The notes beneath the pieces are model-generated. The model was given only the letters and a program-made list of their open reading frames with translations. It did not search any database and was not told the origin of the DNA. 64,000 nt of DNA. It comes from Phoronis australis (lineage: Eukaryota; Animalia; Phoronida). Below, piece by piece: positions 13,031 through 26,200 of the stretch (positions are counted from its first letter, which is position 1; each line of letters opens with the position of its first letter). The stretch is from assembly GCA_002633005.1 (NCBI GenBank), contig NMRA01000049.1, positions 1,098,011 to 1,162,010 of the forward strand, read 5' to 3'. The position numbers were made by a program, and so were the translations under genes.

Positions 13031-13989
13031 TATATGTTTGCATTTGGCGCAACACAAGTTATAGAGCAACTTCGCCGATGAAAAATGCGTTGAAATTCGA
13101 TTTTATCGTTTTCATAATGTTTATGAACGTTGTCATGAAAAAAATCTTAGTTCAAAGCAACAGAAAGACCGCCGTCACCATGCAATGAAATTAATGGAAT
13201 TGTTTCTGAGTCAGCGCCACTATGAATATCAGACAGTTGATAGCGTTCAATTAGTTTAATCATTTTACACTAGTAGAAAAGTTTTCAGGATAAAGAAGAA
13301 TTAAAAGCTTTGCGCTAAGGTTTGGATTCTCCAGTCAACGATTGAGATCCTTGTAAAAATCTATCTACTTAGCGATGGTATAGTAATGAGAGACTGGATG
13401 ACTTTGTTCAACCGGAAGTAGTCCTGTTGGCTAACACCATGAAATTATTTTTGAAACCATGACCGATATTTGTGAGCAGAAAAGGGACAAAAAGTGAAAA
13501 ATAAAGCTCGAAGGTATAACGAAGTAATGACATCAGCAGCTTTATACCCTGATACTGAGAAGGACCAAGGTGACTTGGACTTAAGACAGAAATTTGGTCT
13601 TAGCTTCCCACTTCACAATTTCACAGTCTAAGGTCTCTTGCACGGATCAGAGTAATTGCAGCATTAGCGCTGATTTCACGGCAATAAACCATGACTAAAA
13701 TAGATTGACACTTAGTGGACTAATGATTTTTTCAAAATGCTTGGTTTCTGCAATTGAATTCCTCGTGAAAAGTTGGGATCAAATTTTACCCAAAGAAACA
13801 CGATAAACTTACAAAAATAGATACGTTGGGTTTTGATTGTCTAGCTGGTACCCGTTTTAGTAACGTTTATAGGCAGATTGGCATTAAGTGATTAGGGTCT
13901 CGGCTTCCCGAGAGATGTTGCAGAAGTCCGTAGCCCATACTACATTCATTGCTGCTTGGCATTTGAACTAAGTCACTGTTCACAGATAG

Positions 13990-14690
13990 CCTCGCAACTA
14001 CTGTTTCCGCTTGTCTTGTCGTTCCACTTAACTTTCTCCAACTCAGCAGGACCAGTGTTACACTAGAGCAAGTCTGGTCACTAATTTCACTTTCACTTCT
14101 CTGAGCCATAACAACAGAATCCAGTGATTTCCCATAGCAGGTGTCCATACAGCGTGTAGGCCTGTCTGAAACCAGGGTAAAAGACGACAAAAGCCTGAAC
14201 AAACAGCAAATTAGTACACATTCTTATATCTCTGATGCTCAGTATCTAAGCCTTGAGTTACTTTCCACAGACAGTGCCCACAGCCACCGTTGCTTCGGCT
14301 TGTCTGAATTTCATACTTAATCTACTACACAGAAGGATCAGTGACTCACCAGAGCAAGTCTGGTTATATCACTTTCATTTCTCCTTAAGTACTGTAGGAT
14401 TTAATGATTCCCCAGAACAAGAACAACAAAAACGCTTTCCCCTCATGGTGCATGAATTCCTCTTTGAGGCCACAAAGGTCCGTAGCCAGGCAAGCTACAT
14501 TCTTCTGTTTTTAGTGCTTCAAGTTGGAATCTGATTCACGTTGATACGTATGGAGAATGTCCATGATAGCCACATCTGGTTTCACTTGTCTTGTCATCTC
14601 ACTTTGATTTGTACCCCCACAGAGCCTAAAGTGCCTCCTGAGAGCAAGTGTCCGTGGCAGACAGCTTTCTGTCACCCCATTTAATGGAAG
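13990..14690. repeat. Three diverged ~290-bp tandem units
   Basis: Recurring cttgtct...agagcaagt core (agagcaagt at ~14065, ~14351, ~14641) with shared flanking words. Confidence 0.5.
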
Positions 14691-15140
14691 GAGAGGTATC
14701 CCAATCAAAAGCTGCCCGCGTCCTGAAAAATGCTTCCACCAAGTGCCAGAACCTCAGCTCTTTTACGAGACGAGTCCGATCCCGTCAGTATAGATCAGGC
14801 TGGGGTCCCGCCTGCCATCCGTCTGTTGCCACGTGGGACATTATACGAGTTGCGTTGTGGGAGAGCCTATAGGCCTACGTACTGTTGGATAAGGCCGCCG
14901 TCAGGAAGCAGCGGCTAAAAAACGCGCGGCCAAGCTGGGTGCTGCAACAACTGCTTACCACACTAGAAGATACATCACCAACGCCATAAGAGATTATATA
15001 TTGTTGAGAAAGGTTGACGTCTTGAACCATGACCAGAACAAGATGAAGACAATGAACTTGATCAGATGTGTTTTTGTGATTTGAAGTCGCCGATTCCCGG
15101 CGTTGACTTCCAGCCTTTCGGTTAAATGGCGTGCTTGTCA

Positions 15141-15224
15141 CATGGTCTATATGCGGTGCACCACAGGGGGGGGGGGCTGAGGGGGCTTTAGCCTCCCACT
15201 TTTTTCAGTGCTGCGCCGCCCATG
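15141..15224. mobile_element. CATGGGCGGCGC-family MITE fragment
   Basis: Matches the units at 20101-20304 and 28829-28938 (gggggctttagcc..ccacttttttcagtgctgcgccgcccatg). Confidence 0.75.
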
Positions 15225-17098
15225 CGTAACCTTAAAGTTTTCTGTTCAGATAATATACACGGACTGTTTTGCACTACTTATACAATTAAACGTTGTAATT
15301 TAGCGAATTTCATTGCTTGTGTTTCATGGTTAATCCCTCTGGTGCCAGCCTTGTTATTTCAGCTCAGGCCCCTCTGCAGTTTGGTTCTGACTGGTTGCTA
15401 ATTTGCCCACCAGCCAAGTGAAATTGAAGAGATAAGTGTGTTTTATTCCATGAATGTCACAAATTTGAGGGTGTTGAACCTTAATTTTGAATTGTTGATA
15501 GTCACTTATAGGGGTCTTGGATTTTGAAAATCAGTTTGCCGTTAGTTCAGTGGAGAAAATGTTTCTCAAAACGTGGGACCTCTCCGTAAGTCATTATTAC
15601 CTTTGAAGTAAGTGTTTTTTGGGCAATTCGAGTGTAGGATACGTTTTGAGATTTGTTCCTGTAAATGTGGTTGAGCAGGAAAACTTCTTGTTTGTGAATT
15701 GGCAATAGCTTGGTTGCTATGGTCTCAGGTCGAGTTGTTTTACAGTAACCGTCGTATTGACTCAATTCTGCCGCAAAATCGAATATAATCCGACTAAAAA
15801 TCCTAAAACGTAGATTGGCAGCTGTGATACTCAAACTCATTCGCGCAAGTGACTACAATTGACACTGCACTGCCGCGGTACTTGTGATGGCACAGGACTT
15901 TAATGTGACATCCAAGTCTTATGCAGACGGAACTTCATGACAGTCTTTGGAAATGAGGTATACATGTAAAAGAGGAAACAGTATGCAACGAAATTATTTT
16001 TTGGCATAACCTCTTTTGAGAATGGGCGACGTAGAATAGCGACAAAAATAAAATTGCATTTTAATGGCTTAGTTCCGCCTTTTTAGTAGACCATCCAACT
16101 AGTGCAACTTAGGACTAGTACGCGTTTGCACTTGGGCACCATCGGAATAGTGCACTTTCGTACTCTAGTGAGCTGCTCCCGATCAGCCTTATCTTCGTGT
16201 TGGCTATGAACTTTCCTGGATGGATAAAGACTTACAAGACGTTGTATTTTTGCTTTTCATCATGGACGCTTTGTGAACCATGAAAACTAAGGCAAACCAG
16301 GAAAATTCACGTTCGGCAGAGATTTTGTAAATGATTTTTCAAAATACCGAGGGAGAGAAAATAATGCAAATTTGTCACTGTGGTTTGCTTTCTAAAATAT
16401 CGCACGTGCACTTTATGCTAGACAAATCGCCACCCTTTCAAACCAACTCGTGTTAGTTCAAAAGAATCGCAATGTGAAACCGACCCTGTCGCTGTCGCAA
16501 CAAAATGGTCAGACTGTGTACGAAAACAGGTCAATGGGAAAACGTCAAAGGAAACCGATTATGTAGCCAGTCAGCCGTATTTTCAGAAAGAAGGCGGGCA
16601 TATTTTCCGAAACAGTCAAACATTTTATGTGTTTTTTAAACATATTAGTGAAATTTTAAAAAACACTTTCTTTTTAATGTATGTAATTGTATCTCACCGG
16701 TAAGAATTTAATATTCTTCCATACTTATTTCTCATTAGACAAACACAGTTTGTTAGAATTGTCCTTCATAATCTTACCTACCAGAAAAATCAACAAATAT
16801 CTCGATAAATGATAGTCATTTGAGTGAAAATATAATGTCTCGCCAAAATAAATCTTTATTTCAAAACAAATTACATACGGTTGATAAAACGAGTCCGTCC
16901 GATTTTCAAGACATGCTAACCGTACCGAAAATACGCATATGGTTGTACTTTTTTGAACTTTTTCCGAAAATACGCCAATAGACGTACTTGCTTTGAGGTG
17001 AGTCTATATTTTCAAAAATTCCAGGTTGTTGGCATTTGACGTGTACAATTGGTGACGTCGAACTATTCGTGACGTATTCACTTTACAAATTCTGTAAA

Positions 17099-19503
17099 AT
17101 GAAGCCGGGAATGGCTCACAGTGTCATTCGAAACTTTATAAAAGTTACAATATTATGGTTTATCCACTTTATTTTGCGAATTATGCTGAGAACCACCGAG
17201 AAAGTTTACTCTGTCACGAGGAAATCCCCGCGCATTGTGTCTTTTGGCAACAAAGACGCCTCTGGAACCACGGCAGTGAATGATAAGTGGTCAGGAGACA
17301 CATCTGACGCGTCCAAAACTGTTCACAAAGCAGAAGCTGACACTAAATTAATGCAATCTTATGTCAGGTGCGTAACAGACTTGTGTTGTCTTCTTGTGAT
17401 AGCATCACGCCGCATAAAGGCAAACACTGTCCGCAAATCAACGGACCTTGGTGGGCATGTCACCGAGTGTGAAGTCGAGTGGGAAGATGGAAACTCGACA
17501 AGCATCTACAAAGAAGACGCAAAATATGAAAGAAACACTTCGGAGGAAGTGTTACGCGATTCCACAGAGAACGACCAGAGGGTAAAACAGAATGTACATG
17601 AAAATACGGATCTAACAAATGAACAGAAAGATCCTACTGATGACCCTGGTGTTGAAGGGAGAGAAGTCATGCAATTGAGCGGTAGAAACAAACCAGGCGA
17701 CGTCGAAGATGTTCAACAGGAAGTCATTCAGCCGTCAAGTACCAATGGGTTTGCTGATGAGGCTTACAGTGAGGAAAAAGTCTTGAAACTCGAAAACAAA
17801 CCCGTTCAAAATGACCTGATTTTACTAAGACAACTGAGTCTACAGTTTCAGAGGAAGTGTGCCCCATTTCTACGAAGAAAGATGGGATGTGGAAGACTAA
17901 TGACCATCAAAAGACGGACCTTCCAAATTCAACAAAAGCGGCAATTGGTAACCCTGATGGTAGAGAAGGAGAAATCACGAAATTGGATGACAGAAACAAA
18001 CCGATTGACGTTCGAAAGGAAGTCATGCAACCGTCAGATGTCGCTTATTTCCCTGATGGTGCTAAGAAAGTCTTGAAATCTGAAAGTAATAGCGTTGAAG
18101 GTCACTACTTTGAAGACGCCACCAAGTCGACCGAGTCTAGAGTTTCTGAGGAAGTTTACCACATTTCCACAGACAAGGATGAATTGCTGAAGAAGAATGT
18201 CCATGGAAAGACTGAGCTGCCAGAGTTACTGGCAAGTCAAATCCCTATCATTGCACCCGAGGGAGAAAATTGCATGGAAATACGAAATATTGAGGAAATT
18301 CCTGAGGACGCCGAAGATTGTGATCTCCATGGGTTGCCTTACGGTGCAACTTTTTTCTCTATTGAAATAGCTGCTTCAGAAATCATCCGCCGTAGCTCTA
18401 CATGTATGATTGATACTGGAGAGAAAGAAGCCGGTAAACTGGAAGGCATAAACAAGCCAGGCTACGTTGAAGATGTTCGACAGGAAGTCATGCACTCGTC
18501 AAGTATTGTTGATTTCGCTGACAATGATGATAGTAAGGAGAAAGTCCTGAAATCTGAAAGTATATCCGTTGGAGGTCGCCACTTGGACGACATCACACTG
18601 ATAGATTTCAGTGATCCGACTGAGCCTACAATTTCCTCTGCGATTGGGGAAACTTTTACACAGGACTCACGACGATCCACATCTGAAACTCTGTGCAGCA
18701 CTATGAAATCAGGCAGCGTCGAAGGTAAAAGCCCAGAAGATGCAAATTTGCACAGCTTCGCTAAGTTGCCCCAAGATGCCATTTCGTCTCATAGTGTAAA
18801 TCTTTTAGAGTACACGTTAATAGATGAAACTGTTGAGAAGGACAAAATACAATTTCAGAGCAGTGGTCTGCCCAACAAGCGTGAAGACATGCCACTGGCA
18901 CTGGACGATGTTAAACCTTCTAGTGTCACCACCTGGCCTCACAGCCACATTTCGTTCGTGACGCTGCATTTTCCAACGAATATTGATATGTCCGTAATCA
19001 GTAATGATGAAATTAATACCACATACCTTCAAGCTAAGAACGAGCCAGGGGAGGTTGAGGATACTCGCCTAGAGGACCGCAGATCGTCTCCTTTTGCAAC
19101 GTTGCCTCAGTGTGATTTTTGTTTTGCTGGTGGGGATTATTCAATGGACACTGAATACAACGGTAAAAGAAAAACAAGACTGCAAATTAGCAACAAGCCA
19201 TACATAATTGATGGAATTTCTTCAGAAGACGACAAGACGTTTGTGGATGTGCCTCTCGATACCGTTTCTTCTGATTCAGAGGATACCCACAGAATTGTCG
19301 GTGATTTTACAGATAAATCAAATATTGTGAAACGCGAAGGACTTTTCAAGCGTTTGAAATCACGATTCAGAAGGAATCGTCACGTGGTCCAGGTCTGTGC
19401 TACTTCCTCTTTGCAGGCGCAAAGTTTCGCCTCACGGTGGCGGCATTTGATGTGTTGTAGTGCTTGTGAAGACGAGAACACCTATGCCAGATTACACGAC
19501 TGA
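17099..19503 (+). CDS. Intronless ~800-aa acidic, largely disordered repeat protein with one frameshift near 17815 (gene or young pseudogene)
   Basis: ORFs 17036-18076 and 17857-19503 overlap. Internal repeats (NKPG.VEDV.QEV..SS...EKVLK.ES) continue across the frame switch (PDFTKTTESTVSEEV matches EDATKSTESRVSEEV). N-terminal hydrophobic stretch; basic and Cys-rich C-terminus. Confidence 0.7.
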
Positions 19504-20100
19504 CGGACAGAAGTATAAGCTCAATCTTGAGCGGCTTTTTAACACTTTTAACGTTTTTTATCATAGAATACGCTGTATATCGTTGTATGTTTCGGAACCA
19601 TAAAATCTCTGCTGTGCACACATATTGAATGTAATTTGCACGAGGACTGGCAAAATTAAATGAAAGTGCAGCTGCAAAGTTTATTTTAAGTGTGCTTAAT
19701 CTGAAAGTGTGTTGAATGCTCTCTAAAGGATATACTTTGAGTGTAGAATGAGGCACTTCTTCTTTGCCGCCTATCTAGACTGACACTACAAGACAGGTTA
19801 CACAGCCATAGACACTGCCTGTCCAGATGAAAATTGACCAGTAGGCAGATTGTTCGAGGTTTCGATTTAATAAAAAATACAGCCAAAATTGTTCGTTGTT
19901 AGAGGCATGCATAACGCAATCTCGTCGTTATATAGCGTAGTCGCCAGCACACTAACTCGGGGCAGCTGGAATATCCAATCGCGTCAAAATTCCGAAATTT
20001 CGTTTAAAGCATATTCATTAAAGACCCAGATTTAACTATTGTGTTTACTAATTGTCCTAAGATAATAGCGAGCCCAGTTTCATTCCCAAAGTCCCTAATA

Positions 20101-20304
20101 CATGGGCGGCGCCCCCCCACATTTTTCAGTGCTACGCCGCACATGGGCTATAGGCGGTGCACTACAGGGGGGGCTGAGGGGGCTTTAGCCCGGCCCCCTC
20201 CCCCAATTTTTTCAGTGATACGCCGCACATGGTCTATAGGCGCTGCACCACAGGGGGGCTGAGGGGCTTTAGCCCCCCACTTTTTTCAGTGCTGCGCCGC
20301 CCAT
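20101..20304. mobile_element. CATGGGCGGCGC-family MITE with internally repeated ~85-bp unit
   Basis: TIR catgggcggcgc / gcgccgcccatg; repeated ctataggcg.tgcac.acaggggggctgagggg unit. Confidence 0.8.
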
Positions 20305-20659
20305 GGAGTCGACACGTAAACGACACGGTCTCATTATCTGAGGATTGGTCAACTATAGCGAATTGACTTGTAGACGAGACTGTTTCGCCACCTAGTGTCT
20401 GATTCGAGGCATTCTCTATAACCATAGAACTTCAGTTTTGTCAGGGTATAACCTTGTTCCGGCATTCAGCGCGCAGTTGGCTTCGTGCAAGCCGAACATA
20501 CAAAAAAGTTCCTCACCTACTTATTTTGTATTAGGCTCAGGATATCAAATGTTCCCATATCAGTCTGTTGAAATCTGAGCATTAGACATTAATGTCTCTG
20601 TAAACTCTAATGTTCACCCACGTGGACTGTAGCCTAGTCTCCATCAACCGGACCATGAG

Positions 20660-21070
20660 GACTAAAGAGAAGAAGTAGTTGGGGTTCAAAAACCAGCTTC
20701 AGGATCACATGTTTTACATCTAGACCTCTCATATCCCAAGCGCCATGTCCTCCTGTTTTGAAGACCTCCCCAATACGTCGGTCCCCATTCCCCTGGGGAG
20801 GTGGGGAAAGCAATAATCTCGTCCTTGTATTCCACAACAATAGCTTGGCGTACTCCACTGACAATAAATGTGACGGAGATCCTCGCAACGTGAACACCAT
20901 AATATAAGATTAGGATACTTGTCTCCTGAAGCCAACAACCTCACAGAGATGGCTAGGATCACGTTGGTATCATGCTTTTTTATCCTTGGTCTCAAGCTCT
21001 GCACTAACTCCATTCTTAGATAGTCAAAAAAGGACCGTGTGTTTGATAATTTAATATCCTCCATCAATCT
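20660..21070 (-). pseudogene. PIF/Harbinger (HARBI1-like) transposase relic
   Basis: FFDYLRM..LRPRIKKHDT..LAISVRLLASGDKY, then in shifted frames QAIVVEYKDEIIAFPTSPGEW and GLDVKH (GALDGKH-like). Confidence 0.85.
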
Positions 21071-21072
21071 AA

Positions 21073-21347
21073 GGCCGGGTATTAATTTCTGTACTCTAAA
21101 TCAAGCTCAAAATTATTTTTGGCATTTTCTGTTCTACCCGAAAACTCGAAACTTTGAGTTCAGACTCGAAATTTTAGCCCGAATGCTGGGGTCATCAAAT
21201 GCAAACGAGGTTACCTTTCTAAGCCATTATATACTCGAGCATAGAATTGGCCTAATAAACACTTTTCTTGAGTTTGCGCAAAATTAAATCAGAAAATTCC
21301 AAAAATAATTTCAAGGTCGATTTCGAATAAAAATATTACCCCCGGGG
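21073..21347. mobile_element. Palindromic MITE inserted at the 5' part of the Harbinger relic
   Basis: ccgggtattaattt..aaattatttttggcattttctg mirrored by cagaaaattccaaaaataattt..aatattacccccgg. Confidence 0.55.
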
Positions 21348-23056
21348 CACAGATGTACTGTCGTCACAGCGTACTTCTCTAATCTGCCATCCCAGCCATG
21401 GTTGACTCCTTATGATGCGCCTCGAGGGTTTTTCTCCTAATCTTATAAAATTCTCCTTCACACCTCTTTGAAGGGTGTTACTGTGAAAAAAAAATCTTGA
21501 GACAAGCAGTAACAATCTTAAGACAAGCAGTATGTTCCTAGGGGTTTACATTCCATGGGCCGAGACTGATGAAAATGTTAGATGCGTGGACCACTCTGGG
21601 AGAATTCGTAGCACATTCGAGATATATTCTTGTTACGTTATAAGAACATACGAAGTACATGCTAAATATTCGAACTGCATTCTCATTGATTTTTTGACAC
21701 TCGAAATATATTTAGAAGCTACCCCGGGAGCGTTCCGAGTTTATCTTATGTGATTTCGTTAGGTACCATCCAGGTAAACTTCGACTGGTACTCGGGGAAT
21801 CATTGAACTGCTCTCGTGTGGCATCAGGTAATATTACCCCTGCATTATATGCAGTTTTGTTGTGACCCAACTACGTTTGGACTTCATTCGAAAGCTAGTA
21901 CTATTTAGATACACAAGAACAAGTAAATTCAATTTCCAAGCACATTCAAAGTCGACAGGCATTCTTCCAAAGCAATAAGATGTTGGTCAACATGAAATAC
22001 TCGCCGGAATGTAGTTCAAATTTTTGAAAGGGCTGGCTGTGCAAATGACGAATACCAAGGTGTCGTTTGTTAAAGATTTCTAAATGAAATCAAGCCAGAG
22101 TTGTAACAAAGTTCTCGTGCCTAATTAACTTAAGGTAAGCAAACTGGAGTAACACTTATTTAATTCACCTGAGTATAAGCTGATTGAGCATTGTGCCATG
22201 TAGCGCTCCCAGCGATTGTTAAATGCGTTGACAGACACGACTCCCTAATAACGTCTAAAAATCTCAGAAACAAATCAGTCACCTTTTCCCGCAGTAGGAT
22301 CCTGGCGGCTCCGCAACTGTGACATCAGGAGAAAATTACAAGGAGCGAGTTTTTCCATAGTTTCAATTAATAATTGAGGCATCAATTACTTCACCTGTAT
22401 GCATTTAATGGTGATGTCCATCATCCAACTGTTTCAGACTGATTTACATATTCATATACTGATAAATTTTTCTGATTTGTTTATTTAAATACTGACTGTA
22501 AGTGCCACCTGAAGAATAATATGACCTTCTCTAACGTCTTTTTAACTGAAAGAACATTTTATGTTATTTTAAAACACAAGGCTAACCCTAAAAAATCCAA
22601 TATTTAGGATACGCTTATCTTCATGCATGCCGTCATTTTAGTATCGAATTTCGCGTTGAGTTTGGTGATAAATTCTGGTATCCAAGCAACACCACGAATG
22701 AAGACAGCCATGAGAAAATGATTTCCTGATTTCCTATGATCAAATGTTTGCTACGCACTGTTTGCTATGCAGAGGAGGCCTAACTTCTCGGTAGATTGCC
22801 AATTACTTCTTCGCGTAATAGGTAGGCCTACCAGGTGATTAGTCGACTTGCGACGCCTTCGCCTCTCAGCCGCGCGTTTCGTTATCTGAAATCGATTGTA
22901 GTTTTGTGTACCGAAAACTCGCGCTCTGTTTGAGCTACAACTTTGTATATGGTTACACAAGCAATGAACAGTTTCAAAACTTTCACAGCACACATGTATG
23001 CTCGGTAATGTTTATAAGCAACACGCGAAGCGGAGCTTTCCTCGGTTCGACGCAGT

Positions 23057-23274
23057 TCAGTTGGAAACCAATTTGCTGCTGTCGCTGCGAGGTTGGACTT
23101 AAGGACAGTTCACCGGAGACATATCTCACTATCGTAGTCTAGTGATTGCTGGATAGGCTCGATAATTAGTGAGGAAAGGTATACCAGTTCGTGTAAACAA
23201 AGAAATGGACTACTTATCGTGAAGTCGAAGGTGATAGCAACTTACAAGTAATAAGTAACAAAGGAAAGCACCAG
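23057..23274 (+). promoter_or_regulatory. Candidate TSS and non-coding first exon of the Ly6 gene
   Basis: CpG-rich stretch, tataa at ~23013, Inr-like TCAGTT at 23057, perfect donor CAG|GTAAGT after 23274; no coding frame. Confidence 0.4.
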
Positions 23275-26200
23275 GTAAGTGCCGATCACCCATAATGTAT
23301 AGACCTAGGCATGTAAGCCACCATGTTGTATATTGTAATGTATGAGTTCAGTGAAAACTCATCAGTTGATCTGCCAGACAACAGACCTGGCATAGAATGA
23401 ATCCTATCATGAACAAGATTATCTATCCAGAAAAGTTACATAATTTTGAGATCATTAAAATTCTTAGCTACGAAAATATTGCCCGTGTTAACTAAGCGGT
23501 CTCAAATCGTAAGGTCACACAGTTACTTCATATTAATGCTGTTACAGTGTACAGATAACCAAAAGTATACCAAAGTTGACATCCAATGTCTTAACATTTG
23601 CCATTCCGTCACTTTTATCTGAAAATAAAAACTACGACCTATGAATGTGTTTCGTTTGCGACTGTACTGGTTTAATGTCAACACTTATCCTTTCCGGAAC
23701 TGTCATTGCTGCCCGGCGGATTACTGTTTAACAATGACTCCTACGTTGGGACATTGAATTTGGAAAACCAAGCAATGTTCAAGTCATCTCTGTGTTCGTT
23801 TGCTTTTTAGGTTGTGTAATGGACATAATGACGTTATCAATCAGAACCAACAATAATTCTTTCCATTTACGTAAATGAGCAGTGGGTGTGTGAACAACAC
23901 GTTTCATAATTCATCTTCTACAGGCAAGTTGACAAAACAAAGCCAAAGACAGAAATTTAATTTTAAATGCTATTGTGTCTTTCCAATAAGCTTGCAACAT
24001 GTTTACACCACGCTTTCCTACGCGCAGTCACTAGACTCTGGACGGTGGTTGTGAAAGTTCCCGTTAGGTGGTGTGCTAACATGTCACGAGTAATGCATTT
24101 CTAATTTTACCTTCACCAAAAGAGTAAAACCATTTCAACTGAAACTACTTGCACTTCATTGATAACATTTCACACGTACCTGCAAGTATTTATCACTCCG
24201 ATGACATCTGTTATTCGTCATGTCATCGATCCACGGCGTCATTTCGAGACAATGTCCGTCCTCGTGTCGACCGCTATAACTCCTGCGGATTGATTTTGAC
24301 GCGAAGGGTCAATGCTATACTTATAACACAAAATTTCGATTACTGTTATGTGTTTGACTTGGCCTGTTTGTTATTTAAAAGCCTGGAGCGATACTTGAAT
24401 CATATGAGGGCACAGAGGTTGCTATATGATATTAATAGATATTTATTTTCAAACGCACGGAGTTGGTTTTAAGAGTTATGGGTTCAGGCTTTAGAGGTTT
24501 TGGAAGAAAGCCTATTTTTTGTCTATAAGACAATGTTGAGGTAACTTTTCGATCCTGATATAGGGCAAGCTATGTCGACCTCATTACCTCTGATTTGCGT
24601 GGATAACTACATCCTCATAATTAGCATAATTTACGTGTATGCATGAAATCTCATAATTTATGTAATCTACCGATTTTATCCAGGCTCGACGTATCATAAT
24701 GTTAACCATCGTTTTTAGTACTTGCAAGGTCATTGTCACGTGTTTTAAGCCTAACCATTGCAACTTCATACAGGCTTTAGACGAAAATACCGTTCTGCAT
24801 CGCAACATGGAATAGTTCCGGTTTTGACTGAAGTGTTCTTTCGATCCTGTAAATGTACCATTAGTACGCTCGGCTGATACTTACAACATAATCCGAGCTC
24901 ATGTGTCCCGGTCATCACGATGCTGTTTGTCCCAAAATGTACGAAAACTTAAACCTTAAGTTTATTTTACTGCGTACTGGTATTTTACTGATTCATATTG
25001 AATAATTGTACCAAAACTTTCTTTCACAACCATAAAAATGCAAAAATTCGCTGTAGTCACTATTTGATAGCCTCGTTATTCTATTGTGTGTTACACCAAC
25101 CTTTGCTTCAACGCTGCTTGTTCTCCACGGCAGTTAGACCAGGTCATCATTTCACTGAAATTCGTGCAAACGAAAGTATGAAAACACGCTGCTCTACATC
25201 ATAAAATGGCGTCAGTAGAGCGTCAATCGTTATTATTCAGGAAATCAAGTGTAAAAATTTCGGGTTTTATCTGATCCTGCATGACCTTGAACGTTGAAAT
25301 AAAAACACACTGTTTAACAATCGGTTAGAGAGGTACGTATATGTATGTTAATTTATGTTAATTAAGACCTAGTTACAAGATAAAAGTAACTATACTGCAT
25401 TTCCCCACTCGTGTGAACAAAAATGGTAATTTCTTCTAAAACTTGCACATATTTGCCCTATGGGAAATTATCATGTGACCTTGATAGCCTTGAATTCAGT
25501 ATCCTAAATAAAAATCAAGACCAAAATTGCCAAACTACATCAAAGAATTCATGAAATATGCTGATAATGTAATTTTTGTTAATTAGGATTCTATTATGCA
25601 TGCATATCAGGGTTATGAAGATCGCAATTGCTTGCCGTATGGTATCAGGGTGGAAGAAGAACCTCAAACTGGTTGCCATGTATAAAGAATGGCCATTTTC
25701 TCCAGAACTTACAAACCCACATCCTATTTGGACGGTTTCTGTAAATTTTTGAGAGAAAATGGCTATGTTTGGAAAATGTCAAGTGTTTCTGGCCTTGGTC
25801 AACGTTGCAAGCATCAAAATGTGATTCCGTTAACTATAAGATAATATGTAATTTGAAGTCATTGGGATCTTATCAGTGGGTACAAATCACGATCATTGTG
25901 GCAGAAACTGTTTGCCCTAGACCTAAAGAATGACATCATTTGGAAAAAGAATAGCGACGTCCCATAAAACTGCACACAAGCCCTACTCTCTTGCACGAGC
26001 GTCACGGACGGTTTCCCAACATTCAGTGTTCCTTTCTCCTGAACACAGACTAGATCCATCGAGATAAATCATGTCATGAAAGGCAACTCATTTTACTGAA
26101 ATATTATATTTTTTCAACGATTATATTCTGATGACAATTGTTCGTGAAAACTCTTTTCATGAGAAAAAACGCTGTTCGTGAAAAATGTCCGTTCGTTGGA

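Noticed and set aside
17790-17830. Programmed -1 ribosomal frameshift
   Set aside because: No canonical XXXYYYZ heptamer at the switch, and a TGA in the -1 frame immediately precedes the resumed homology; a 1-nt deletion is simpler.
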